A DNA stretch of 64,000 nt from an uncultured Gemmatimonadaceae bacterium (GCA_963751275.1 CAVVTZ010000011.1:224001-288000); one strand, 5' to 3'. Positions 51,705-62,789 are shown, counted from the first letter of the stretch. A program made the numbers and translations. The notes: a model not told the origin generated them from the letters alone.

Positions 51705-52921
51705 GCAACAACGGCCCGCGCGTTCCCGCCGCGCTCGAGGCGTTCTTCGCCGAGCACTCCAAGGGTGACCGCTCCACCATCCTCGCGTTGTACGCGCTCA
51801 TCTGCGCGGCGCGCGAGAACGGCGAGGCGGTGTTCAACGACGTTGCGACGCATTACCGCACCGACTACCTCAAGCTGCTCCGCGAGGAAGGCCGCGATGT
51901 GGAGCGCGAAGCCGGCCGGCTCAGCCTCGACGAGGTGCGCGATCACCTCGCGCAGGTGGTCTTCCCCCGGCTCGCCGCCGAGGACCTCGTGGTGCTTCCC
52001 GAGGGCGGGCTCACATCGCCCGACACCACGCTGCGCGTCGCCGAGCGGTTCTGGCCGCAGCTGCGCGCCACGCGGCCGCAGATCGAGCGCGCCGGCGTCG
52101 CGGGCGTCGTGCGCCGCGGCGAGGAGATCACCGGCCCGCACCAGATCCCGCGCCCCGAGCCCAGCGGCAGCATCCTCGAGGCGAAGGACTCGTGAAGACG
52201 TATCGCCGCCGCAGCGTCGTGAACGACGTCGCGCTGCATGTGCGCCAGGGCGAGATCGTCGGACTGCTCGGCCCGAACGGGGCGGGGAAGACCACCACCT
52301 TCTACATGATCGTCGGACTCATCCCGCCGCAGGAGGGGAGGATCCTCTTCGACGGCGAAGACATCACCGAGATGCCGATGTTCCGGCGCGCGCGGCGCGG
52401 CATCGGGTACCTGTCGCAGGAGCCGTCGGTCTTCCGCAAGCTCACGGTCGAGGAGAACCTCCTCGCGATCCTCGAGACGCTCGACTCACCCCCGAAGAGA
52501 AGCAGCGCGCGCCTCGAGAAACTGCTCGACGAGCTGAGCATCAAGCACCTGCGCGACAATCGCGCCTTCTCGCTCTCGGGCGGCGAGCGGCGCCGCCTCG
52601 AGATCACGCGCGCGCTCGTCACGCGAGCCGAAGTTCATGATGCTCGACGAGCCGTTCGCCGGCGTCGATCCGATCGCGGTGCACGACATCCAGCCGATCG
52701 TCGCGGGCCTGCGACATCGCGGGATCGGCGTGCTGATCTCCGACCACAACGTCGAGCAGACGCTCGACATTGTGGACCGCGCGTACATCCTGTTCGACGG
52801 GCAGGTGAAGGTCTCCGGCACGGTGCGCGAGCTGGTGTTCGACGACACCGTCGCCGAGATCTACCTCGGCCCGACGCTCACCGCGCGCCTCCGCTCGCGC
52901 TTCGCGGCGCACAGCCCATGA
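51701..52921 (+). CDS. lptB: LPS export ABC ATPase LptB with ~160-aa N-terminal extension (indels near 52187 and 52625)
   Basis: [36 protein letters not shown] and DHNV; the normal N-terminal ILEAK lies in the upstream frame. Confidence 0.9.
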
Positions 52922-54409
52922 AGCACGGCATCAGTCAGACGGGAAGTCTCCGGCAGGAGCTGCGGATCAATCCGCGCCTCTACCAGGCGATGGACATGCT
53001 CTACATGCCGCTGCTCGACCTCCAGCAGCACTTGAAGCAGGAATTGCTCACGAATCCGTTCCTCGATCTGCGTGGAGCCCGACGACGAGAGAAGGAAGCC
53101 GAGGCCGAGGGCGAAGAGTCGGAGAGCGAGCCGGACGAGGCCGCGAAGGAGGTGGCCGTCGAGAAGGCCGAGAACGACGACATCGACTGGGAAGAGATCC
53201 TGCTCGACGGCTTCGAGTGGGCGGCGGCCGCGTGCAGGGCACGACGACCGCGAATGGTACGGATCCGGTGTCCGTCGGCGGCGCCACCTCGACGATCACC
53301 TCTCGAGCGATCGGGAAGATGCTCGAGCTCAGCGACCGCGCAGCTGCTCCTCGCGGAGGAGTTCGTCGGGAACATCAACGACGACGGCTATCTCGCGGCG
53401 TCGCTCGAGGAGCTCCGCGCGGGACGTGAACGAATGGATCACGGACGCCGCGGCCGCATCTGGATCGCGATGACACCGATCTCCCGCTCTACACGAGACC
53501 GAGGTCGAGCGATGCTCGGCGATCATCCAGAACCTCGACCCGCCGGGCGTCGGCGCGCGGGACCTGCGCGAGTGCCTCATGCTCCAACTGCGCGCGGCCA
53601 AGCAGCAGGATTCCGTGGCGCACCGCCTCGTGCAGGACCACTTCGACGAACTCATCAACCACCGGTGGGCCGAGATCTCGAAGAAGACCGGCCTCCCCCC
53701 GCTTGAGGTGCAGAAGGCCGCCGACGCCGTGGCGAAGCTCGAGCCCAAACCCGGGCTCCGCTACAGCAGCGCGGGCGACAACTACATCGTGCCCGACCTC
53801 ATCGTCGATCACATCGATGGTGTCTATCACGTGTTCGTGAACGACAACAACGTGCCGCGTCTGCGATTGAGCCGCGCCTACCAGGACATCGCGCGCGACA
53901 AGCGGAAGTTCGACGGCGAGAACAAGGACTTCATCTCCACGCGCCTCAACGCCGCCAACTGGATGATCCAGGCGCTCGAACAGCGCCGCCAGACGATGCT
54001 GAAGGTGATGCACTTCATCGTCGACCGGCAGCGCGATTTCTTCGAGAAGGGGCTGCAATACCTCAAGCCGCTCACGCTGCGCGAAGTGGCGGAGGGGATC
54101 GGCATGCACGAATCGACGATCAGCCGCGTGACCAACGAGAAATACGTGCAGACGCCGCGCGGCGTGCTGCCGCTCAAGTTCTTCTTCTCCTCCGGCCTTT
54201 CCACCGCCGGCGGCGAAGATGTGTCCGCGCGCGGCATCAAGGCCACGATCGAGAAGCGCATCGCCGACGAGGATCCCAAGCACCCTCTCACCGACCAGGA
54301 CATCGTGGACATCTTCGAGAAGGAAGGCGTGCGCATCGCGCGCCGGACGGTGGCGAAGTACCGCGAGCAGCTCGGAGTGCTCTCGGCGCGCATGAGGCGC
54401 CGCGTCTGA
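52918..54409 (+). CDS. rpoN: RNA polymerase sigma-54 factor (indels in 5' third)
   Basis: Q/L-rich region I, HESTISR HTH and RpoN box [10 protein letters not shown]. Confidence 0.97.
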
Positions 54410-55359
54410 TGGCCGCCGCGACCGAGCTCGACGTCTCGATCCTCGTTCCGGCGAAGGACGAGGCCGAGAACCTGCCGCTGTTCATGGAGCAGACCGCCGC
54501 CGCGTTCCAGGGGTCCCGCACATCCTTCGAGGTCGTCGTGATCGACGATGGCTCGAGCGACAAGACGTGGGAGGTGCTCACCGGATTGCAGAAGCGCTAC
54601 GCGTTCCTGAAACTCGCGCGCCACCGCATGGGGCGCGGCATCGCCGATGCATTGCGCACCGGCTACCTCGCGTCGCGCGGACGCGTGCTGGTGTTCTATC
54701 CCGCCGATCTGCAGTACAAGCCGGAGGACATCCCGCGCCTCGTGGCGCCCGTGCTCGCCGGCGAGGCGGACATGGTCACCGGCTACAAACAGGGCGACTA
54801 TGAGAAGGCCTTCGTGTCGAAGATCTACAACGGACTGAGCCGCGCCCTGTTCGATGTGCCGGTGCGCGATCTCAATTCCGTGAAGGCCTATCGCCGCGAG
54901 ATCATGGACGCGCTGCCGATCCGCCCCGATTGGCACCGCTACATGATCGTCATCGCGGCGCAGGAGGGATTCAGCGTCACCGAGATCCCGGTGCCGCTGT
55001 ACCCGCGGAATGCGGGGAAGTCGAAGTTCGGAATCGGGCGCATCCCGGTGGGCGTGCTCGACATGCTCTCCGTGTGGTTCGAGCTTCGGTTCGCGCGCAA
55101 GCCGCTCCTGCTGTTCGGCATGGTCGGGGCGATGCTCTTCGCCTTGGGCGTGTTGACCGGCATCGTGGCGATCGCGATCCGCGTCTTCGCCGGCATCGGT
55201 TACCGGCCGCTGATCAATCTGGTCGAGGTGTGCGTGATCGTCGGTTCGGTCTTCCTCGTGGGCGGCCTGCTCGGCGAGATGATCGCCGGCCTGCGCGTCG
55301 AGCTGCGCGAATTGCGCCGCCTCGCCGACGAAGCGGCGAAGGATCGGTCGGCGTCGTGA
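54409..55359 (+). CDS. GT2 glycosyltransferase, ArnC/GtrB-like with two C-terminal TMs
   Basis: VPAKDEAENL, IDDGSSD, ADLQ, and a C-terminal hydrophobic hairpin. Confidence 0.88.
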   Translation: MAAATELDVSILVPAKDEAENLPLFMEQTAAAFQGSRTSFEVVVIDDGSSDKTWEVLTGLQKRYAFLKLARHRMGRGIADALRTGYLASRGRVLVFYPADLQYKPEDIPRLVAPVLAGEADMVTGYKQGDYEKAFVSKIYNGLSRALFDVPVRDLNSVKAYRREIMDALPIRPDWHRYMIVIAAQEGFSVTEIPVPLYPRNAGKSKFGIGRIPVGVLDMLSVWFELRFARKPLLLFGMVGAMLFALGVLTGIVAIAIRVFAGIGYRPLINLVEVCVIVGSVFLVGGLLGEMIAGLRVELRELRRLADEAAKDRSAS

Positions 55360-56270
55360 CGCCGGGCGTCCGGCGCGGGGTGTCCGCGGCATTCACCGTC
55401 GCGGTCCTCGTGTTCGTCGGCATCAAGCTCGCGCAGCAATGGCCCGAGGTGAGCGCCGCGCTCGCGAGCGCCACGCCCGACTGGCTGGCGCTGGCCGCCT
55501 CGTGTCTCGTGGTGCTCGTGACCTACGCGCTGCTCATCGAGACATGGCGCATCGTGCTCGCGGGGTGGGGACATCCGCTCCCGTTCTGGGAGGCCGCGCG
55601 CATCTGGACCGTCTCGAACCTCGGCAAGTACATCCCCGGCAAGGTCTGGGCGCTGTCGGCGATGGCGGTGATGTCGGAGGCGCGCGGCGTCTCGCCCGTG
55701 GTCGCCGCGGCGGCCGCGCTGCTGATCACGCTCGTGAATACCATCGTGGGATTCGTCGTGGTGGCCGCGACGGGCGCGCGCGTGCTCGATTTTCCGCCGG
55801 CGATGGTGTGGGCGATCGCGGCGGCCGGGATCGCGGTGGTCGTGGCGCCGTCGTTCCTGCCGCGGCTTGGCGCGCTCGCCGGTCGAATGTTCGGCCGCGA
55901 AGTCGTGATCCCGCGGCTGCCCTGGTGGACCATCGGTACCGCCGCGCTCGCGACCGCCGCGGCCTGGGTGGGTTACGGGCTCGCCTTCCGCCTGTTCGTG
56001 ATCGGCGTGCTCGGGGCCGCGCCCGGCTCTTTGTCGCTGTACGTCGCGATCTTCGCGGGGTCGTATCTCGTTGGATTCGTCGCGCTCTTCGCCCCTGGCG
56101 GCATCGGGGTACGCGAGACCGTGATGGCCGTGGGCCTCAAGCGCGCCGGATTCGCGACCGGGCCCGCGTATCTCGTGGTGGTCGCGTCGCGCCTCTGGCT
56201 CACCGTGCTCGAGATCGTGCCCGCGCTCTTGTTCCTGGGACACGGCTGGGCGACGCGTTCCCGCGACTAA
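55356..56270 (+). CDS. Lysylphosphatidylglycerol-synthase-TM-like (putative flippase) membrane protein
   Basis: Multi-TM with SNLGKYIPGKVW, APGGIGVRE and SRLW. Confidence 0.82.
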   Translation: MTPGVRRGVSAAFTVAVLVFVGIKLAQQWPEVSAALASATPDWLALAASCLVVLVTYALLIETWRIVLAGWGHPLPFWEAARIWTVSNLGKYIPGKVWALSAMAVMSEARGVSPVVAAAAALLITLVNTIVGFVVVAATGARVLDFPPAMVWAIAAAGIAVVVAPSFLPRLGALAGRMFGREVVIPRLPWWTIGTAALATAAAWVGYGLAFRLFVIGVLGAAPGSLSLYVAIFAGSYLVGFVALFAPGGIGVRETVMAVGLKRAGFATGPAYLVVVASRLWLTVLEIVPALLFLGHGWATRSRD

Positions 56271-57319
56271 CCGTCGCGCGAGAGCCGCATCCCGTAGCGA
56301 CTGATGAATGCCGCGAGTTCTTCCGTGAGCGGCGACCCTCCGACGCTGCGCGTGCGGCCGGCCAGGTCCAGCCAATATACGCCCGCGCTCCGGAATGCCG
56401 CCCGGTCGCTCTCAGCGAGCGCCGCCTCGCTCAGCACGGTGTCATCACGCTGCAGCGCCGGCGCCGCGGCCGCGTCACGCCGCCAGAGCATCCGCCACGC
56501 GCGCCCGTCGCGCGTGTAGCTCCGCCAGTTCCCATCGACGGCGATCGTCACGCCCGCATTCGAGACGTAGCGCTCGAATTCGCTCACGATCCCCGCCACG
56601 ATCCCGCGCTGCTGCTCGGTGCTCGGCACGCGGGGCCAATCCGGCGCGCTGCGGATGACCTTCGCCGGTGAACCCACCGCCAGACTCCGAGGCGGGATCG
56701 TGCCTTGCACCATCGAGTCGCCGCCGATCACGCTGCCGTCGCCGATCGTCGCGCCCGGCATCACGAACACGCGCCACGGGAGCCACACGCTCTTGCCGAT
56801 CGTCACCGGTTCGTACGTCGCCGGGTAGCCATCGAGCACGTTCAGCCACGCGCCGTGCGTGAAGATCAGGCAGTGGCCGCCGATCCCCGTGTCGTCGCCG
56901 ATCGTGACCGGCTTCGTGGGATTGATGTACGTCATTTGCAGCACGATCGTGCGGCTGCCAAGCGTGAACTTCGACTCCGGCAGCTGCGGCCCGCCGATGA
57001 ACACCTGCTCGCGGATCTTCGCGTCCTCGCCGATCTCGATCGTCTCGCACGACACGTAGGTGAACGTGCCGATGCTCGAGTGCCGCCCGATCGTGATCGA
57101 GCGCCCCTGCACGACGGCCATGAGGCCGATCTCGACATCGTCGCCGAGCGTCACCGACTTGCCGATCACCACGCTGCCGAAACCGAGCGACACGCGGCGG
57201 CCGATCTTGTAACCCAGGATCGATCGATACGCGAATTTCTTGAGGAAGCCCGGCATCCAGCCGAACAGCACGAGGTGACGCCACGGGATGCGCGTCTTGG
57301 GGACCAGCGTCTGCGCCAT
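56267..57319 (-). CDS. Hexapeptide-repeat (left-handed beta-helix) acyltransferase with extra C-terminal domain
   Basis: Repeated [IV]-x-[IL]G units (VTIGDD, VTIGKSVW, ATIGDGSVIG) and VGSPAKVI. Confidence 0.85.
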   Translation of the reverse strand: MAQTLVPKTRIPWRHLVLFGWMPGFLKKFAYRSILGYKIGRRVSLGFGSVVIGKSVTLGDDVEIGLMAVVQGRSITIGRHSSIGTFTYVSCETIEIGEDAKIREQVFIGGPQLPESKFTLGSRTIVLQMTYINPTKPVTIGDDTGIGGHCLIFTHGAWLNVLDGYPATYEPVTIGKSVWLPWRVFVMPGATIGDGSVIGGDSMVQGTIPPRSLAVGSPAKVIRSAPDWPRVPSTEQQRGIVAGIVSEFERYVSNAGVTIAVDGNWRSYTRDGRAWRMLWRRDAAAAPALQRDDTVLSEAALAESDRAAFRSAGVYWLDLAGRTRSVGGSPLTEELAAFISRYGMRLSRDG

Positions 57320-57369
57320 GAGCCTGGTGCGAGAGGAGCGGGCAGGGAATGGTGCGCGATCTCCTCGCA

Positions 57370-57399
57370 ACGTTAGTGCGCCGCGCCGAAGAGCGTCAA
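57370..57399 (-). promoter_or_regulatory. Putative sigma70 promoter for acyltransferase
   Basis: On the minus strand: TTGACG-N18-TAACGT. Confidence 0.5.
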
Positions 57400-57434
57400 G
57401 TGGAGTGGCATCCCGAGGATGGTCAGGCTTACGA

Positions 57435-57639
57435 CAACTGCTTGCACGCGGATCACGCGGAAAGCCGCGGAATACGCGGAGCGCTCCGAGGCGATGAAGC
57501 CTCCTCGCTCGGTTTCAAGCCTCTGTCTTGGTTGTTAACAACAAGAACGCGGCGCCGACCTGGCTCGCGGTGCCATTCCGCGCCCAGGAGCGTTCCGCGT
57601 ACTCCGCGGGATTCCGCGTGATCCGCGTACAAGCGGTTG
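57435..57639. repeat. 53-bp imperfect inverted repeat element (CGCGGA-type) with central palindrome
   Basis: 57435-57487 versus 57587-57639 match at 47/53; CGCGGA recurs at 9-10 nt period; central GTTGTTAACAAC at 57531-57542. Confidence 0.9.
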
Positions 57640-57656
57640 CGGTCCAGTCGCCAGAC

Positions 57657-57686
57657 TTGCGAACGATGCGCCGCGGCGCGTAACGT
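57657..57686 (+). promoter_or_regulatory. Putative sigma70 promoter, likely leaderless transcript
   Basis: TTGCGA-N18-TAACGT, 7 nt before GTG 57694. Confidence 0.5.
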
Positions 57687-57693
57687 TCGCAGC

Positions 57694-59148
57694 GTGATCC
57701 TCCTCACGCGCGCGCTCGCCGGGCTGCCGGCCGCCGAGCGGTACGCGCTCGAACTGCTCACCGATCTCTCGCGTCTCGTGCCGGTGGATGACCCGTCGGC
57801 GGGCGTCGTGCGCCTGGAAGTCACCGGCGACGGCGGCCGCGCGAGCGGCGCGGGCGAGATCGCCGCGCAGACGACGCGTCAGATGTCGTTCGAGGCGGCC
57901 GACGGCGTCGTCCGCATCTCCCGGAGCGAGCTGCGCGCTCTGACGGCGATCGCGACCGCCGAGCGGGAGCGGCGCGCCGTACCGCGCGACAAGCACGGCC
58001 GCGTCCCATCGAGCGAGAATGCGCTGGTGCAGGCGGGCATGGAGCGGGAACCGGTGCTTTCGATGGCCGCAGCGCGCTTCGGCGCCGCCGTGGTCGAGGC
58101 CGCGGGCGAGCGTCCGGTGCGCTTCGCGGCGCCATGGCCGCACGGGCGTCGTTGGGCCGCGGCGCTCACGCACGATCTGGATGTCGTCGCGCTCTGGCCG
58201 CTCTTCGCCTCGCTCCGCATGGCAGAACTCGCGCGCAAGGGCGACGGCGCGCGGCTCGGTGCGGTGATGCGAGCGCTCCCCGCCGCGATGGCCAGCGCGC
58301 CGGTGCGAAAGGGTGTGGATGCGGTGCTCGAAGCGGAGCGAGGGCTCGCCGCCACCTGGTTCATCCTCTGCGGCACGCCCAACGGCTCCACCGTGCGCAA
58401 AGGCGATCTCACGTACCGCCCCGAATCGCGTGCGTCGCGCGACATCATCGAAGCCGTCTCGGCCGCCGGCCACGAAGTCGCGCTCCACGGCAGCTTCGAG
58501 ACGTTCGACCGCGACGGCGCCTTCGCGGAGCAGCGTGTGCGCCTCGCGCGCATCACCGGACGCCCGGTGGCCGGCGTGCGCCAGCATTTCCTGAAGATGC
58601 GACCGGGACGCACCGAGCTCGCGATGCACGCGGCCGGCTTCCGCTACGATTCCACCGTCGGCTTCGCGGACCGCAACGGATTCCGCACGGGCGCGGCGGA
58701 TGTCCTGCCGGTGTGGGAGCCGGCGGTGGAGCGCGCGTCGGGATTCCTCGAGATGCCCTTCTGCTTCATGGATCGCGCGCTCAGCAAGTACCGCGGCGAA
58801 GAGGATCCCGAGGCGTGGACCGCCGACGCGCTCGCGCTCGCGGACACCTGCCGCGATCTGGGCGGACTCTGGATCGGCATCTGGCATCCGAACGTCACGC
58901 TTGCGGCACTCGGCTACCCAGGCGCGATCGAAGCGTACGGCGCGTTGGTGGATGGGATCGTGGCGAATACGCCCTATGTCGCGACGCTGGACACCATCGC
59001 GCGGTGGCGCACCGCGCGGCGCAGTATTCGCGTGCGCACCGTGCGGGCGGATGGCACTGTCGAGCCGTATCTTGTGGCGCCCGGCCTTTGGGACGAACCG
59101 CTCCACGTGGAGGACGCCGCGAGGAACAAGCGCGAAGTGGCGCGCTGA
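57694..59148 (+). CDS. Polysaccharide deacetylase-like (CE4/NodB-fold) protein
   Basis: LTHDLD, EVALHGS, GVRQHFL, YDSTVGF...GFRTG and IWHP. Confidence 0.75.
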   Translation: MILLTRALAGLPAAERYALELLTDLSRLVPVDDPSAGVVRLEVTGDGGRASGAGEIAAQTTRQMSFEAADGVVRISRSELRALTAIATAERERRAVPRDKHGRVPSSENALVQAGMEREPVLSMAAARFGAAVVEAAGERPVRFAAPWPHGRRWAAALTHDLDVVALWPLFASLRMAELARKGDGARLGAVMRALPAAMASAPVRKGVDAVLEAERGLAATWFILCGTPNGSTVRKGDLTYRPESRASRDIIEAVSAAGHEVALHGSFETFDRDGAFAEQRVRLARITGRPVAGVRQHFLKMRPGRTELAMHAAGFRYDSTVGFADRNGFRTGAADVLPVWEPAVERASGFLEMPFCFMDRALSKYRGEEDPEAWTADALALADTCRDLGGLWIGIWHPNVTLAALGYPGAIEAYGALVDGIVANTPYVATLDTIARWRTARRSIRVRTVRADGTVEPYLVAPGLWDEPLHVEDAARNKREVAR

Positions 59149-60317
59149 TGGACGTCCTGTTCCTCACGCACGGCTATCCGCGCACGGCCAGCGATCCGAT
59201 CGGCTCCTTCGTGTTGCGGCTCGCCGTGGCGCTGCGCGATGAGGATGTGCGCGTGAGCGTCGTCGCGCCCTCCGCGGAGGGACTCGCACGCACCGAAGAA
59301 TTCGAAGGGATCCGCGTGACGCGCTTCCGCTACGCGCCGCGCCGCCACGAGACGCTCGCCTACTCCGGCAGCATGCTCGCGCAGGTGCGGGGTTCGCTCG
59401 CGGGAAAGGCATCGATCGCCTCCTTCCTCGGCGCGGACCTCGCGTCCGCCATGAGCGAAGCGCGGCGCACGAGGCCGGCGGTGATCCACGCGCATTGGTG
59501 GTTCCCCGGCGGGCTCGTTGGCGCCGGCGTCGCGGCCGCACGCCATGTGCCGCTCATCACGACGCTCCACGGCTCCGACATTGCGGCGGCCCATTCCTCG
59601 GGGCTCGCCGCGAAGCTCTTCGCCGGCGTGCTCCGGCGTTCGTCCTGCGTGACCACAGTGTCGAAGTGGCTCGCCGATGAGACGAGCGCGGCCGTGCCCG
59701 GTGTGACCCCGATGGTCGCTCCGATGCCCGTCGCGCCCGGCCTCTTCCAGCCCGGCGGCTCGCGCGCGCGCGATCGGCTGCTGTTCGTCGGAAAGCTCAA
59801 CGCGCAGAAGGGGATCGCCCATCTCCTGCGCGCCCTCGCGCGCATGAAAGCGAGACCGGCGCTCGACGTCGTAGTCGGCGTCGGAAGCGACGCCAACGAT
59901 GTGCGCGACCTCGCGAAGAGTCTGGGCGTCGAGGCGCAGCTGCGCTTCCACCCGCTCCTGAGCCAGGCCGATCTTGCAAAGCTGTACCGCGAGTGCACCG
60001 CGCTCGTTGCCCCCTTCACCGGGGAAGGGCTCGGCCTTATCGCGATCGAAGCGGCCCTCACCGGCATGCCCGTCGTCGCCTTCGCTTCCGGCGGCCTCAC
60101 CGACATCGTGATCGACGGCCGCACCGGCCTCCTCGTGCCCACCGGCGACGAGAGCGCGCTCGCCGCCCGTCTGGATGAGCTGCTCGCGATGCCGGATCAG
60201 GGCGCCGCGCTCGGCGCCGCGGGCCGCCTTCGCGCCCTGGACACCTTCGCCCCCGCCGCCGTCGCGCGCCGCTATGCGTCGATCTATCGCGACGCCGCCG
60301 CGGCCAGGAACGCGTAG
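59148..60317 (+). CDS. GT4 (GT-B) glycosyltransferase
   Basis: IHAHWW, TLHGSD, FVGKL...KG and EGLGLIAIEA...GMPVV. Confidence 0.92.
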   Translation: MDVLFLTHGYPRTASDPIGSFVLRLAVALRDEDVRVSVVAPSAEGLARTEEFEGIRVTRFRYAPRRHETLAYSGSMLAQVRGSLAGKASIASFLGADLASAMSEARRTRPAVIHAHWWFPGGLVGAGVAAARHVPLITTLHGSDIAAAHSSGLAAKLFAGVLRRSSCVTTVSKWLADETSAAVPGVTPMVAPMPVAPGLFQPGGSRARDRLLFVGKLNAQKGIAHLLRALARMKARPALDVVVGVGSDANDVRDLAKSLGVEAQLRFHPLLSQADLAKLYRECTALVAPFTGEGLGLIAIEAALTGMPVVAFASGGLTDIVIDGRTGLLVPTGDESALAARLDELLAMPDQGAALGAAGRLRALDTFAPAAVARRYASIYRDAAAARNA

Positions 60318-60402
60318 CCGCGCGACTGGCGCGCCCCGCGCGCCCCGGCCAATTTACAGAGCGTAGGACCGCCCGGAATTCCTTCCGTCACGCCGGAGTG
60401 TG

Positions 60403-62789
60403 ATGTCGCGTCAGTCTGCAGCGCCCGCGGTCCCCGCGGCGCCCCGTTTTGCGGCCGCCTGGGCCGCGCTGGTCTACGCGGCATGCGCCCTCGCGCTCGG
60501 CTATCCGGCGCTCGGCGGCAAATTCCTGCTCACTCCGGTGAGCGACCAGTACATCGGCGGCTACGCGGTGCGCGAGTTCGGTGCGCATTTCCTGCGCACC
60601 ACCGGGCATTTCCCGCTCTGGAACCCGTACATCTTCGGCGGCATGCCATACGTCGCCTCGATGAACGGCGACATGTTCTACCCGACGTTCCTGTTGCGGC
60701 TCGTGCTGCCCACCGACGTGGCGATGACGTGGTCGTTCATCATCCACTTCTTCCTCGCCGGATTCTTCACGTATCTGTTCCTGCGCGCGATGCGGTTCAG
60801 CTTTCCCGCGTCGCTGGCGGGCGGCCTCGCATACATGATGGGCGGCCCGATCTCGGCTCATGTGTCGCCCGGGCATGACGGCAAGCTCTACGTGAGCGCG
60901 CTGCTGCCCTTGGTCCTCTTCTTCCTCGTGCGCGGCATCCGCGACGGAAAGCTCTGGAGCTGGGGTGCGCTTGCGATCACGGTGGGGCTCGCGGTGCTGA
61001 CGCCGCATCCGCAGCTGTTGCAGTACATGCTGCTGTGCGGCGGCGCCTTCGCGCTCTATCTCGCCTTCGCCGACAGCGGGGCAGGGAAGCTGCCCCGGAA
61101 GACAGCCATTACGCGCATCGGCTTCGCGGCCGGCGCCGTCGTGCTCGGGTTCATGATCGGTGCCGTGCAGTACCTCCCCGTGATCCAGTACATCCCCTGG
61201 TCGCCGCGCGCCGGCGGACTCACCGGCTACGAACGCGCGGTCAGTTACTCGATGCCGCCGGAGGAGTTGATCAACACGTATCTCCCGCAGTTCTCGGGTA
61301 TCCTGGACAACTACTGGGGGCGGAACAACATCCATCTGCACAGCGAATATCTCGGCGCCGTGGTGCTCCTGCTCGCGGGACTCGGCATCGCATCGGCGGC
61401 TCGAGGCGACAAGCGCCGCTCGTTCACCTGGTTCTGGATCGGTACGTTCATCGTCGCGCTGCTCTGGACGCTGGGCGGATCGACGCCCTTCTACCAGCTC
61501 GTGTACGCGCTCGTGCCTGGCACGAAGTACTTCCGCGCGCCGAGCACGATGATGTTCGTCATGGCGTTCGGCGTGGCCACCTTCGCAGCGCTCGGAGTGG
61601 AACGGGTCCTCGCGGGAAAGGTGACTCAACGCTACGCCGTTGCGTGGACGATCGCGGCCGGCGTGATCGCTGTCCTTGGTATCACCGGCGCACTCACCAA
61701 CATGGCTGGGGCGCTCGCGGTGCAGGGGCACTACGACGCGGCGATGGCGAACGGGCCGCAGATCGCATTTGGATCCCTGCGCTCGTTCGTCGCGATCCTG
61801 CTCGGCGCCGGCGTCTTGTTCGCGCTCACGCGGCACCGGATCGCGGCGCTCACCGCCGCGTACGCGCTCGCGGCGTTGCTCGCCGTGGATCTGTGGAGCG
61901 TCGAGCAGATGTACTGGAACTTCTCCGCGCCCGCATCGGTCATTTACGCGAGCGACGCGATTACGGATTTCCTTGCTACGCAAGACCAACCGGCGCGCGT
62001 CTTCGCCGCTCAGCTTGTGCGAGACGCGACTCGGAACAACGGTATCTTGAACGGCGACGGCTTGATGCCGCATCGCATCCGAAGCGTTGTCGGCTACCAT
62101 GGAAATGAACTTGGCCGGTACGACAATCTGGTCGGTCCCCACGGGGAGCAATTGGGGAATCCGCAGATCTGGCGCTTGACGAACATGAAGTACTTTCTCA
62201 CGAATTCGCCACAATCGGTCTTCCCGGGCTCGAAGCAGGTGCTCGGGCCGGTGACCGATGCGTCCGGTTCGACGCTCTACCTGTTCGAGATGCCGGGCAG
62301 CTATCCGTTCGCCTGGGTCGCGCCGGTGATCGTGAAGGGGCCGGACGACGCCGTGCTCACCACCGTTCGCGATCCGCGCTTCGACATGTCGCGCGCCGCG
62401 CTCTTCGACACGGCGGCGCCGGTGAAGGCCCAGCAGATCTCGAAGCTGCCGGACACCCTCGGGATCGTCGCGCGCGCCACGCATTACGAGCCGGGGCACA
62501 TCACGGTCGCGCTCGACCGGCCCGCGCCCGCCGGCGCCGCGCTGGTCGTCACCGAGAACTACTATCCAGGCTGGTCCGCCACCGTAGACGGCAAGCCCGC
62601 CGCCATCGGTCGCGCCGACTACGTGCTGATCGGCGTCGAGCTGCCCGCCGGCGCGAAGAACGATCCAGCTCGACTTCGCGAGCCCCACCTTCGAGAGAGG
62701 GAAGGCCATCACGCTCACCGTGCTCGCCATCTGCCTCGTGCTCGCTGGCCGGCGGCGTGGTGGCCGAGCGCCGGCAGGCCCATGGCTGA
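60403..62789 (+). CDS. YfhO-like GT-C membrane glycosyltransferase (indels after about 62660)
   Basis: PLWNPYIFGGMP, many TMs, FRAP, and ENYYPGWSATVDGK C-terminal motif. Confidence 0.82.

Noticed and set aside
50258..52195. Apparent 645-aa fusion of the LptA-like protein with the downstream helical domain
   Set aside because: An extra base near 51416 shifts the frame. The proper C-terminus ends at 51704, and the helical domain belongs with LptB.
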